Shown here: piece by piece, positions 25,509-32,000 of the stretch
Numbering within the stretch: the stretch's first letter is position 1
How the letters are laid out: every line of letters starts with the position of its first letter
Assembly (NCBI GenBank): GCA_963675515.1
Contig: OY776328.1
Span: forward strand, 2,460,001 to 2,492,000
Origin: Coprobacillaceae bacterium
GTDB taxonomy: Bacteria > Bacillota_I > Bacilli_A > Erysipelotrichales > Coprobacillaceae
DNA length: 32,000 nt
Reading direction: 5' to 3'
Translations under genes and position numbers: made by a program
The notes under the pieces: generated by a model
Databases searched by the model: none
The model's input: only the letters and a program-made list of their open reading frames with translations
What the model was told of the DNA's origin: nothing

Positions 25509-25537
25509 AATATACAATCAAAATCAGGCATTGTCAA
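25509..25537 (-). promoter_or_regulatory. Sigma-A promoter of cymR-iscS
   Basis: Minus strand: TTGACA (25537-25532), exactly 17 nt, TATATT (25514-25509). Confidence 0.65.
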
Positions 25538-25554
25538 CTCACACGATTCCAAAG

Positions 25555-25581
25555 CAATAAAACCTTTGCTTGCGCAAAGGT
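25555..25581 (-). terminator. Rho-independent terminator after the SDR gene
   Basis: ACCTTTGC (25562-25569) / GCAAAGGT (25574-25581), 4-nt loop, followed on the minus strand by TTTTATT. Confidence 0.8.
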
Positions 25582-25587
25582 CCGAGG

Positions 25588-26346
25588 TTAAACGGCAGTG
25601 TAGCCCCCGTCAATGGGAAGAATGACACCAGTGACATAAGATGCTTCATCGCTGGCCAAGAATATCGCCCCGGCATTGAGTTCTCCCTCTTTGCCATAGC
25701 GCCCCAAAGGCACGGTTGCTTTCATATAGACCTGGAATGTTTCGGTCGAAAGTGTCTCCACTGTCAGTTCCGTCGCAAAATATCCCGGACAGATCGCATT
25801 GCAGGTGATGTTGTACTTGGCTAGTTCGGCCGCCACCGCCCGGGTGAAGTTGACCACGCCACCTTTTGAGGCATGGTAGGCTACGGTATCGATCGCAGTG
25901 TTGCCTACCAGACCGTACATCGAAGCGATATTGATGATCCGGCCATAGTTGTTTTTCTTCATGATATTCCCAAGAGCGCGGGTCACCAGGAATACGCTTT
26001 TCAAATCGCCGTTCATTGTGAAATCCCACTCTTCATCAGTCATGTTCAATACTCCGGCATTTTTGGCCGCACCGGCATTGTTTACCAGCACATCGACCTT
26101 GCCAAAAGTTTCCTCGATAAGTTTCGCCGATTCATTGATCGAATCCGCATCCGTCACATCGCACTTGACTGTCAGAGTCTTCGCCCCATGGATTTGAAGT
26201 TCTTCGGCAAGCTCGTCAAGCTTTTCCTTCCTTCTTGCAAGCAAGGCCAGTGTCGACCCCTGTTTGGCGAAACCTTTGTCGATTTGCGCCCCCAGACCCG
26301 AAGAAGTTCCGGTAATCACTACTACCCGATCCTTTAAGTTGAACAT
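25588..26346 (-). CDS. SDR-family oxidoreductase (gluconate-5-dehydrogenase / 3-oxoacyl-ACP reductase-like)
   Basis: TGTSSGLG cofactor motif, NNAG, and catalytic YHASKGG (YxxxK). ATG at 26346 preferred over the TTG at 26364. The RBS is weak. Confidence 0.85.
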   Translation of the reverse strand: MFNLKDRVVVITGTSSGLGAQIDKGFAKQGSTLALLARRKEKLDELAEELQIHGAKTLTVKCDVTDADSINESAKLIEETFGKVDVLVNNAGAAKNAGVLNMTDEEWDFTMNGDLKSVFLVTRALGNIMKKNNYGRIINIASMYGLVGNTAIDTVAYHASKGGVVNFTRAVAAELAKYNITCNAICPGYFATELTVETLSTETFQVYMKATVPLGRYGKEGELNAGAIFLASDEASYVTGVILPIDGGYTAV

Positions 26347-26406
26347 TGAAACACTTCTATACAATTTGTGTTTATGCTGATTATTTCACAATTATTACGT
26401 GTAACT

Positions 26407-26415
26407 ATTCTAACA
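26407..26415 (-). promoter_or_regulatory. Extended -10 element (TGTTAGAAT) upstream of the SDR gene
   Basis: Read on the minus strand. No convincing -35. Confidence 0.35.
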
Positions 26416-26464
26416 TTTCCTGATTTATGGATTAATCGCAACAATGTAATTGCCCTATCTTTTT

Positions 26465-26495
26465 CAAAAAAGAAACTCCAGCGCCAACTGGAGTT
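26465..26495 (-). terminator. Rho-independent terminator after the flavin reductase gene
   Basis: AACTCCAG (26474-26481) / CTGGAGTT (26488-26495), 6-nt loop, followed on the minus strand by TCTTTTTT. Confidence 0.8.
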
Positions 26496-26518
26496 GATAA
26501 ACATTTTATTTCAGCTGA

Positions 26519-27079
26519 TCATTTAAGCATTATGCCGTCTTTGAAGGCATTGCCCGCTTTGGCCCCCAGCTTGATGTATGTCTTGTTGACCGGGTCATAG
26601 CTGATAAGTTCCAGCTTGGCCGGATCGATCTGACCCGATTCATTTAGTACTTTCTCATCAGCGGACACATTGACTATTTCGCCGATAAGCAGCTCCATCT
26701 CTTCATCGTAGCTGATAAGGCGGCATTCCAGACTCATCTCCAACTGTTCGATGATCGGGGCGTCGACAAATTCGCTTTTAGATAGCGTCCAATGGGTCTT
26801 GTCCAGCTTTTCCTTGAGGTTGTTGCCAGATACAATTCCCACGAAATCAGCGGCCTCGAGATTACCACTGTTAGCCATGGAGACTGTGAAGGCCTTTTTG
26901 GCCAGGATGTTCTTGACTGTCTTATGCTTGGCGGTAAGGAACAATGCCACTTTATCATGGTCGGCGATTGTTCCCCATGCCGCATTCATCGCATTGGCGC
27001 TGCCATCCTCGTTGTAGGTGGCGATGATCAAAACAGGCAAAGGATACATGTAAGGTTTGGCTCCAAAATTCTTTCTCAT
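26519..27079 (-). CDS. Flavin reductase-like FMN-binding split-barrel protein
   Basis: Start moved to MRKNFGAKPYMYPLPVLIIATY (GGAGGG RBS). The 83-aa N-terminal extension in the track runs through AT-rich intergenic DNA. The sequence is typical of the Flavin_Reduct family. Confidence 0.85.
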   Translation of the reverse strand: MRKNFGAKPYMYPLPVLIIATYNEDGSANAMNAAWGTIADHDKVALFLTAKHKTVKNILAKKAFTVSMANSGNLEAADFVGIVSGNNLKEKLDKTHWTLSKSEFVDAPIIEQLEMSLECRLISYDEEMELLIGEIVNVSADEKVLNESGQIDPAKLELISYDPVNKTYIKLGAKAGNAFKDGIMLK

Positions 27080-27206
27080 AGAAAACCCTCCTCGTATTGG
27101 AATCAAAACAATTATGAAAAGCTTATTATTTATAATTTTACACCTAATACTCCTAAATTGGAAGAGGCAGGGCATCAATTTGCGTCTAAGCAAAGGCAAT
27201 TTGAAT

Positions 27207-27234
27207 TTGACATCAGAAAGATTATCACTATAAT
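27207..27234 (+). promoter_or_regulatory. Sigma-A promoter of the carbonic anhydrase gene
   Basis: TTGACA (27207-27212), 16 nt, TATAAT (27229-27234). Confidence 0.65.
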
Positions 27235-27281
27235 TTAGGTAACACAGCATATTCAAGGAAAACCATATCGGAGGACATGAA

Positions 27282-27824
27282 ATGATTGAAGAAATTATCG
27301 AATTCAATGAAGCATTCGTAGCGAACAAAGGCTATGAAAAATACGCAACAAGCAAATACCCAGACAAAAAGATCGCCATCGTATCGTGCATGGATGCCAG
27401 GCTTACCGAACTGCTTCCAGCAGCCCTGGGCCTTAGAAACGGCGATGCCAAACTGATCAAGAATGCCGGAGGAATCATCTCCCATCCATTTGGCAGCGCC
27501 ATCCGGAGTCTTCTTATCGCAATTTATGAACTGGATGTCAAGGAGATTCTTGTTATCGGGCATACCGACTGCGGTGCGCGGCATACTGATGCCAAGCAAT
27601 TGATTGAAAAGATGAAGGCTCGTGGCGTCCATCAGGAAAGTATCGACATGGTCGAATATTTTGGAATCGACTTCGAAAGATGGCTGGGCGGTTTCAATGA
27701 CCTTGACACCTCGGTTGTTAAATCGGTCGAAACGATCCGCAACCACCCCTTGATTCCAAGCGGAATCCAAGTGTACGGCTTTGTGATCGATTCATATACC
27801 GGCAAGATGACCAAAGTTGTCTGA
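27282..27824 (+). CDS. Beta-class carbonic anhydrase
   Basis: GGAGGA RBS. Zinc ligand motifs SCMDARL and GHTDCG. Confidence 0.9.
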   Translation: MIEEIIEFNEAFVANKGYEKYATSKYPDKKIAIVSCMDARLTELLPAALGLRNGDAKLIKNAGGIISHPFGSAIRSLLIAIYELDVKEILVIGHTDCGARHTDAKQLIEKMKARGVHQESIDMVEYFGIDFERWLGGFNDLDTSVVKSVETIRNHPLIPSGIQVYGFVIDSYTGKMTKVV

Positions 27825-27833
27825 TCATATACA

Positions 27834-27882
27834 GAAAAAAAGCAACCTGGAAAGACAACTAGTCAAACCGGATTGCTTTTTT
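27834..27882. terminator. Probable bidirectional terminator between convergent genes
   Basis: A7-GCAACCTGG ... CCGGATTGC-T6: 9-bp stem with one mismatch and one G-U pair, and a 17-nt loop. Confidence 0.5.
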
Positions 27883-27907
27883 GCATTCAGACAAGAAGAT
27901 GGAACGA

Positions 27908-28585
27908 TCAGCCATTGTTGCGGTATTTTTCCATCAGCTCATGCATCAGGCTTGCGGATGTCGGCGGGGTGTAGGTTATGGCATTGGCTCCCGCTTCAAT
28001 TGTCTCATTGATCGTGCGTTCGCAATCTCCCCCGGTGGCGATGATCGGCACATCCGGAAACTCCTCCCTGATCCTTTTGATGATCTTCACGGTGTTTTTC
28101 CCCCCGGATACGTTGATAATTGTCGCGCCCGCTCCGATTCTCTTGGCGATGTCCTCACCTTCGGAAATAACGGTCACGATCACTGGGATGTCGATTGTTT
28201 TTTTGACCCGGGCCAGGACCTCATTGCTTGTGGGGGCATTGACAACCACTCCCATGGCCCCTTTGAATTCGGCATCCATTGCCAGGTTGACAACCCGTTT
28301 GCCCTGGGTGATGCCTCCGCCAACACCGCAAAAGACCGGTACGTCGGCTGACATGACGAGCACCTGGGTGATGATCGGCTGCGGGGTGAATGGATAGATG
28401 GCGATGATCGCATCCGCATTGGTGTTGCGGATAACTGCAACATCGGTTGTAAAAAGCAATGATTTGATTTTCTTTCCGAAAATCTCGATCCCGCTGCAGT
28501 TCTCGATTGCCTTTGGGACCTTGACGATGTGATTCCTGAATGTGCCGTTGATTACCGGCGCTTTTTTATTTTCGTTGTCGCTCAT
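27908..28585 (-). CDS. Uncharacterised protein with a probable (beta/alpha) TIM-barrel-like fold
   Basis: Alternating hydrophobic strand / Gly-rich loop pattern (VFCGVGGG, VVVNAP, IPVIVTV, IINVSGG, IIATGG...AGANAI), reminiscent of phosphate-binding barrels. I cannot name a specific family. Confidence 0.7.
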   Translation of the reverse strand: MSDNENKKAPVINGTFRNHIVKVPKAIENCSGIEIFGKKIKSLLFTTDVAVIRNTNADAIIAIYPFTPQPIITQVLVMSADVPVFCGVGGGITQGKRVVNLAMDAEFKGAMGVVVNAPTSNEVLARVKKTIDIPVIVTVISEGEDIAKRIGAGATIINVSGGKNTVKIIKRIREEFPDVPIIATGGDCERTINETIEAGANAITYTPPTSASLMHELMEKYRNNG

Positions 28586-28899
28586 GGTGATATTCCTTTG
28601 AATTTGTGATTTATGGCGCCCGCTACGGCGATATTGCCAAGCAAAAAAAGATTTTCAAACAATCTCATTAAAAGTCCACTTCGACTCAACTCAAAAATTT
28701 GAAAACCCTTGTCTGGGGAGATTGGAACCGGATAGGATATCGCATTTAAGGATCGTCCATCCAATTTGTGAAACTCAACATCCCGGTGGTGGAATCTATG
28801 CCATTTGGCTGATTAATCTACAGAAATCATTCCTCTTGATCTGGCAAGACGCAACTTGAAACAGGTTGCTTGTTTACCAAACCATCCTGAATATTTTGA

Positions 28900-29150
28900 C
28901 AGCAACTCCATGTTCACCTTTGAACCTCTCATGACTGAAAGTCACGGGATTCTTGGGAACAGAGCTTACTTGATTATGGTGCATCCACCATAATCAGCGG
29001 TTTCTCTTCTTTACCAAGCTATCCCCGTAGTCCCTACGGTTTAGTCATTATCTAGGACTGTGCTACTATGCGCAGTCCTTCTTTCAGGATGTTCTTGCTT
29101 GCATTTATGTCCCTGTCATTGGTACTGCCACATTTAGGACAAGTCCATTC
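28900..29150 (-). ncRNA. Candidate TnpB omega-RNA (reRNA) scaffold spanning the tnpB 3' end and the IS right end
   Basis: Dense strong hairpins just past the tnpB stop: 29025-29039 (CCGTAG/CTACGG), 28972-28995 (10-bp GATTATGGTG/CACCATAATC, extendable) and 28930-28946. Boundaries are guesses based on how omega-RNAs are organised in other IS605 elements. Confidence 0.3.
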
Positions 29151-30200
29151 CCTGATGTGGAGTGGCTTCTTGCCATCCTTGTGGCCACATACATGGCAAA
29201 TCTGGCTGGACTCATACCAACGGTCCACCTTGATGATTTCACGGCCATACCATTCGGCTTTGTAGATGAGCTTATCCACAAATGATGACCAGGATACATC
29301 AGATATGCTTTTAGCCAGTCTATGATTACGCAACATTCCTTTTGTGTTCAAGTCTTCGACACAGATTACATCGTGGTTTTTGATGATCTGGGTTGTCAAC
29401 TTGTTCAAAAAGTCATTGCGTTGGTTCATTACCTTTTCATGAAGCAATGCCACTTTGCGTCTTTGTTTCTGGTAGTTCTTTGCTTCAAGAAGATTGATTC
29501 CTTTGCTCTTGGCAAGGAGCGCCCGTCTTGACAGCTTTTTTTGCTCACGGATAAGTTTCTCTTCCATCTTACTAGTGAATTTATGATTGGTGACTTTGTT
29601 GCCATTTGAAAATATCGCAAAGTCACGGATACCAAGGTCAATACCGATTGTCGAATCAGTTTTGGGCAATTGCTCGATCTTTTCTTCAACGACAATGGCA
29701 ACAAAGTATTTGCCACTAGGATTCTTACGGATGGTCGCCTTAATGATCCTTCCCTTGATCTCCCTGCTCTTGGCGAACCTGACCAGACCTAACTTAGGCA
29801 GCTTGATCGACTTGCCAATTACAGCGATACTGTTGTTCACGTTCTTGGTGGTGTAGCTTTGAACCGGATTCTTCTTGCTCTTGTATCGCGGGTGCTTGTT
29901 TTGCTTAATGAAGAACCTTGCGAATGAATCGGAGAGATTCTTCAATGATGATTGAAGGGCAATGCTGTCTACTTCTTTTAGCCACTGTGTATTTTCATCC
30001 CGTTTCATTTGAGGAATCATGGCAGAGCAGGAATTGTATGTCCGACCTTTACCGGTACTGTTATACTCTTCGTTCCAAAGATTCAGGAAATAATTGTAGA
30101 CAAATCGGGCACATCCGATCGTTTTACAGATCAATATCTCCTGTTCCCTATTAGGGTAGATCCTGAACTTGTATGCCTTATGGTGCAACATCATCATCAC
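29052..30200 (-). CDS. tnpB: TnpB (IS605 OrfB) RNA-guided DNA endonuclease
   Basis: KAYKFRIYPNREQ N-terminus, RuvC-I (IGIDLGIRDF), RuvC-II (ICVEDLN), zinc ribbon (CHVCGH...CPKCG), RuvC-III (DRDINASKNI). The start is ambiguous: GTG at 30200 or one of three following ATGs. Overlaps the tnpA end by ~23 nt. Confidence 0.9.
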   Translation of the reverse strand: MMMMLHHKAYKFRIYPNREQEILICKTIGCARFVYNYFLNLWNEEYNSTGKGRTYNSCSAMIPQMKRDENTQWLKEVDSIALQSSLKNLSDSFARFFIKQNKHPRYKSKKNPVQSYTTKNVNNSIAVIGKSIKLPKLGLVRFAKSREIKGRIIKATIRKNPSGKYFVAIVVEEKIEQLPKTDSTIGIDLGIRDFAIFSNGNKVTNHKFTSKMEEKLIREQKKLSRRALLAKSKGINLLEAKNYQKQRRKVALLHEKVMNQRNDFLNKLTTQIIKNHDVICVEDLNTKGMLRNHRLAKSISDVSWSSFVDKLIYKAEWYGREIIKVDRWYESSQICHVCGHKDGKKPLHIREWTCPKCGSTNDRDINASKNILKEGLRIVAQS

Positions 30201-30606
30201 CGGATTTCTTTTTCTGACTTTTTATATAATCTCTTATTTGCTGTTGAGTATTATCACTAACAGTGGCTACGAAATAGCTGGGATTCCACAAATGACCTTT
30301 CCATAGACGATTTTTAAGCTCCGGATGTTGCTTGAACAGGAATCTTGCAGATAACCCTTTGAATGCTTTTACCATACTGGGAATATGGTGTTGGGGCTTG
30401 CAATCGATAAGCAAGTGGATATGGTCCTTATCCGATTCCATTTCAACGATATTTATGTCATTATCAGCTGCAATCTTAGTCAACAATTTCTTAACATCAT
30501 CATCAACTTGACCAGTCAAAATATCTTGACGGTATTTCACACACCAGACCAGATGGTATTGAATCGAATAGACATAACCCCGTCCGTAATTAATATCACC
30601 CATCAT
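30178..30606 (-). CDS. tnpA: IS200/IS605-family Y1 (HUH) transposase TnpA
   Basis: 142 aa with YSIQYHLVWCVKYR, the HUH motif HIHLLI and a C-terminal Tyr (IRDYIKSQ). GAGGTG RBS. Confidence 0.92.
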   Translation of the reverse strand: MMGDINYGRGYVYSIQYHLVWCVKYRQDILTGQVDDDVKKLLTKIAADNDINIVEMESDKDHIHLLIDCKPQHHIPSMVKAFKGLSARFLFKQHPELKNRLWKGHLWNPSYFVATVSDNTQQQIRDYIKSQKKKSGDDDVAP

Positions 30607-30741
30607 TTATCACCTCATATACATTCTAACATACGATTGTTGAAAATTATAGCTTTTAAGCACTTTTAGTGAGCAATATTCGATAATATATACACCTTAT
30701 CCCGCACAACCGAAAAGATGCATGCCTGGTCGATTCATCTC

Positions 30742-30788
30742 ATAGCGATAGGTAAGATTTTGATGTCATCTCCATCTTTTCCCCCGCT
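30742..30788 (-). ncRNA. Putative group II intron domain VI and 3' splice site
   Basis: Hand-folded: AGCG/CGCT base, GGG paired to CCT via G-U pairs, AAGAT/ATCTT top, bulged A at 30749, end ...TCGCTAT at 30742. Manual folding only. Confidence 0.4.
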
Positions 30789-30790
30789 CC

Positions 30791-30824
30791 ACACCGTGCA
30801 TGCGACTTTCACCGCACACGGCGT
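30791..30824 (-). ncRNA. Group II intron domain V, copy A
   Basis: Minus strand: ACGCCGTGTGCGGTGAAAGTCGCATGCACGGTGT. 34 nt, GAAA tetraloop, 2-nt AT bulge, 9-bp lower and 5-bp upper helix, CGC at the catalytic-triad position. Confidence 0.8.
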
Positions 30825-30841
30825 TCCATCTAATTCTTCTT

Positions 30842-31270
30842 TTAATTTATTTCAGTTAAATTACATCTCTTACGCAACATGTTCAGCTTTTTATGCTGTG
30901 TTTTGTTTAGATTGAACTTTTTCAATAGCGTTTTATCAGTTTCCTGATTATTACCGTGTATTGGTTTATGTACTTCTTTGTGAATAATGATTAGATTATC
31001 GAAGTTATCGGTTCCACCATCTCCAATGGGAACAATATGATGACAGTGTATTTCCTCGGCCGTTAGAAACAACTGGGTGATTCCACAACGTCCTTTTTGC
31101 ATTGAATACTTTGATATTGTGTTATCCCGATACTCTACGCTTCCATTTTTTGATGATAGTTCCAGTGACTTCTTCATAACTGAGGTTACATTATTTTCTA
31201 ATCGTTTATAAACTAACTTACGTCCCTCTTGGGTATAGTTGCATATTTTCTGATTGAAGTTTGTCTTCAA
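30842..31270 (-). pseudogene. Intron-encoded protein C-terminal fragment (thumb tail plus HNH), copy A, open reading frame
   Basis: HNH motif CHHIVPIGDGGTDNFDNLIIIHKEVHKPIH. The track ORF (to 31312) gains its first ~14 codons by reading through DV of copy B. No RBS. Confidence 0.6.
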
Positions 31271-31763
31271 TTTCCCCCGCTCCACACCGTGCATGCGACT
31301 TTCACCGCACACGGCGTTCCATCTAATTCTTCTTTTAATTTATTTCAGTTAAATTACATCTCTTACGCAACATGTTCAGCTTTTTAAGCTGTGTTTTGTT
31401 TAGATTGAACTTTTTCAATAGCGTTTTATCAGTTTCCTGATTATTACCGTGTATTAGTTTATCTACTTCTTTGTGTATAATGATTAGGTTATCAAAATTA
31501 TCGGTTCCACCATCTCCGACAAAAAGAATGTGATGACAGTGTATTTCTTCGGCCGTTAGAAACAACTGGGTGATTCCACAACGTCCTTTTTGCATTGAAT
31601 ACTTTGAGATTGTGTTATCCCGATACTCCACGTTTCCGTTTTAAATTGGCAGTTCCAACAACCTCTTCATAACTGAGGTTACATTATTTTCTAATCGTTT
31701 ACAAACTAATTTACGCCCCTCTCGGGTATAGTTGCATATTTTCTGATTGAAGTTCATCTTCAA
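31271..31763 (-). repeat. 493-bp tandem direct repeat, copy B (proximal; contiguous with the rest of the intron)
   Basis: As copy A. TTTCC is present at all three junction positions (30778, 31271, 31764). Confidence 0.9.
31284..31317 (-). ncRNA. Group II intron domain V, copy B (identical to copy A)
   Basis: Same 34-nt sequence, exactly 493 nt from copy A. Confidence 0.8.
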
Positions 31764-31850
31764 TTTCCACTGCGTATCCGCCAGTGGAAACTGTGAAATA
31801 GCTCCAATTGTGAATGTGCGATAGTTATTATTAAATAACTTCCTGTACAA
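31335..31850 (-). pseudogene. Intron-encoded protein C-terminal region, copy B, interrupted by an in-frame TAA
   Basis: Track ORFs 31641-31850 and 31335-31631 are in the same frame, separated by a TAA (31643-31641) where copy A has AAA (Lys). The HNH region is altered (CHHILFVGDGG). Confidence 0.7.
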
Positions 31851-32000
31851 CGGCGGGGGACTCCTGGGTACTTAATATTTAGCTATTGGTTTCAATCGGC
31901 ATTGTATGTTTCCCATTGGTTGCTTATCCACCAGTCCAGATCGTTCAACACTACGTTTGAAAGTAATGGCGAAAGCACTCCTGCCCTGTGGTGTCCCACA
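31851..32000 (-). pseudogene. Reverse-transcriptase domain remnant (RT motif 4) with a frameshift and stop
   Basis: Hand translation gives CGTPQG in one frame and GVLSPLLSNVVLNDLDWWISNQWETYNAD-stop in the +1 frame, so there is one extra base in ggc-a-gga. No YADD motif anywhere downstream before the HNH region. Confidence 0.5.

Larger units (their letters stand above)
28900..30741 (-). mobile_element. IS200/IS605-family insertion sequence (tnpA plus tnpB); ends not precisely defined
   Basis: Both genes are intact with the canonical overlap. The left end must lie between 30607 and about 30741, and the right end between about 28700 and 28950. Exact termini and TAM cannot be set without comparison copies. 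Confidence 0.65.
30778..31270 (-). repeat. 493-bp tandem direct repeat, copy A (distal; IEP tail plus DV)
   Basis: Hand alignment to 31271-31763: same length, no indels, about 35 substitutions. The first ~113 nt are identical. Confidence 0.9.
30742..32000 (-). mobile_element. 3' portion of a degenerate group II intron (continues past the right edge)
   Basis: Canonical ribozyme domain V (twice), a DVI-like helix with a bulged A 7 nt from a ...AT end, an HNH-type C-terminus of an intron-encoded protein, and an RT motif-4 remnant (GTPQG / GVLSPLLSNVVLNDLDWW) at 31900-31998. Confidence 0.75.

Noticed and set aside
28582-28764. 60-aa minus-strand ORF upstream of the TIM-barrel-like gene.
   Set aside because: It has no RBS, it overlaps the start and promoter region of the downstream gene, and it shows no recognisable features. 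It is probably non-coding.
31263-31317. Second DV interpreted as the 3' end of a separate, complete intron copy.
   Set aside because: Copy B lacks the 3' strand of DVI and any 3' splice-site sequence. The repeat junction falls inside the DVI 5' strand. One intron with an internal duplication, or a truncated second copy, fits better.
30778-31763. Direct repeats considered as a CRISPR array or a satellite.
   Set aside because: There are only two copies, each 493 bp, with no spacers. They contain protein-coding and ribozyme sequence, so this is a segmental tandem duplication within an intron.

Overview
The window looks like a Bacillota (Firmicutes)-type chromosomal segment. Evidence: strong AGGAGG-type Shine-Dalgarno sites, many rho-independent terminators, a csoR-copA-copZ operon and a CymR/Rrf2-type cysteine regulon. 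Most genes lie on the minus strand.

Gene content, left to right:
- partial membrane protein
- two plus-strand lipoprotein genes carrying four tandem copies of a ~310-aa GerMN-like module
- HAD hydrolase / flavodoxin / AlkA-Ogt fusion operon
- small membrane protein, GNAT acetyltransferase, PHP phosphoesterase
- ROK regulator plus an orphan PTS EIIB
- DUF438-hemerythrin-PAS sensor and a Cys-rich orphan protein
- CoA-disulfide reductase with a rhodanese domain, divergent from a LysR regulator
- csoR-copA-copZ copper operon
- DUF454 protein
- sulfur block: cymR-like regulator and cysteine desulfurase, then cysK, a transsulfuration lyase, patB and mnmA
- SDR oxidoreductase, flavin reductase, beta-carbonic anhydrase, an uncharacterised TIM-barrel-like protein

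The right-hand ~3.4 kb is a pile-up of mobile elements:
- An apparently intact IS200/IS605 element (tnpA Y1 transposase plus tnpB RNA-guided nuclease) with a highly structured 3' flank, which is an omega-RNA candidate.
- About 135 nt away, the 3' part of a decayed group II intron. It contains a 493-bp tandem duplication that carries two copies of ribozyme domain V.

I see no rRNA, tRNA or CRISPR array, and nothing that clearly resembles a known defence island. The best candidates for something new are the four-module lipoprotein locus, the TnpB/omega-RNA element and the rearranged intron.

All functional calls come from motif and family recognition by eye. No database search was possible.
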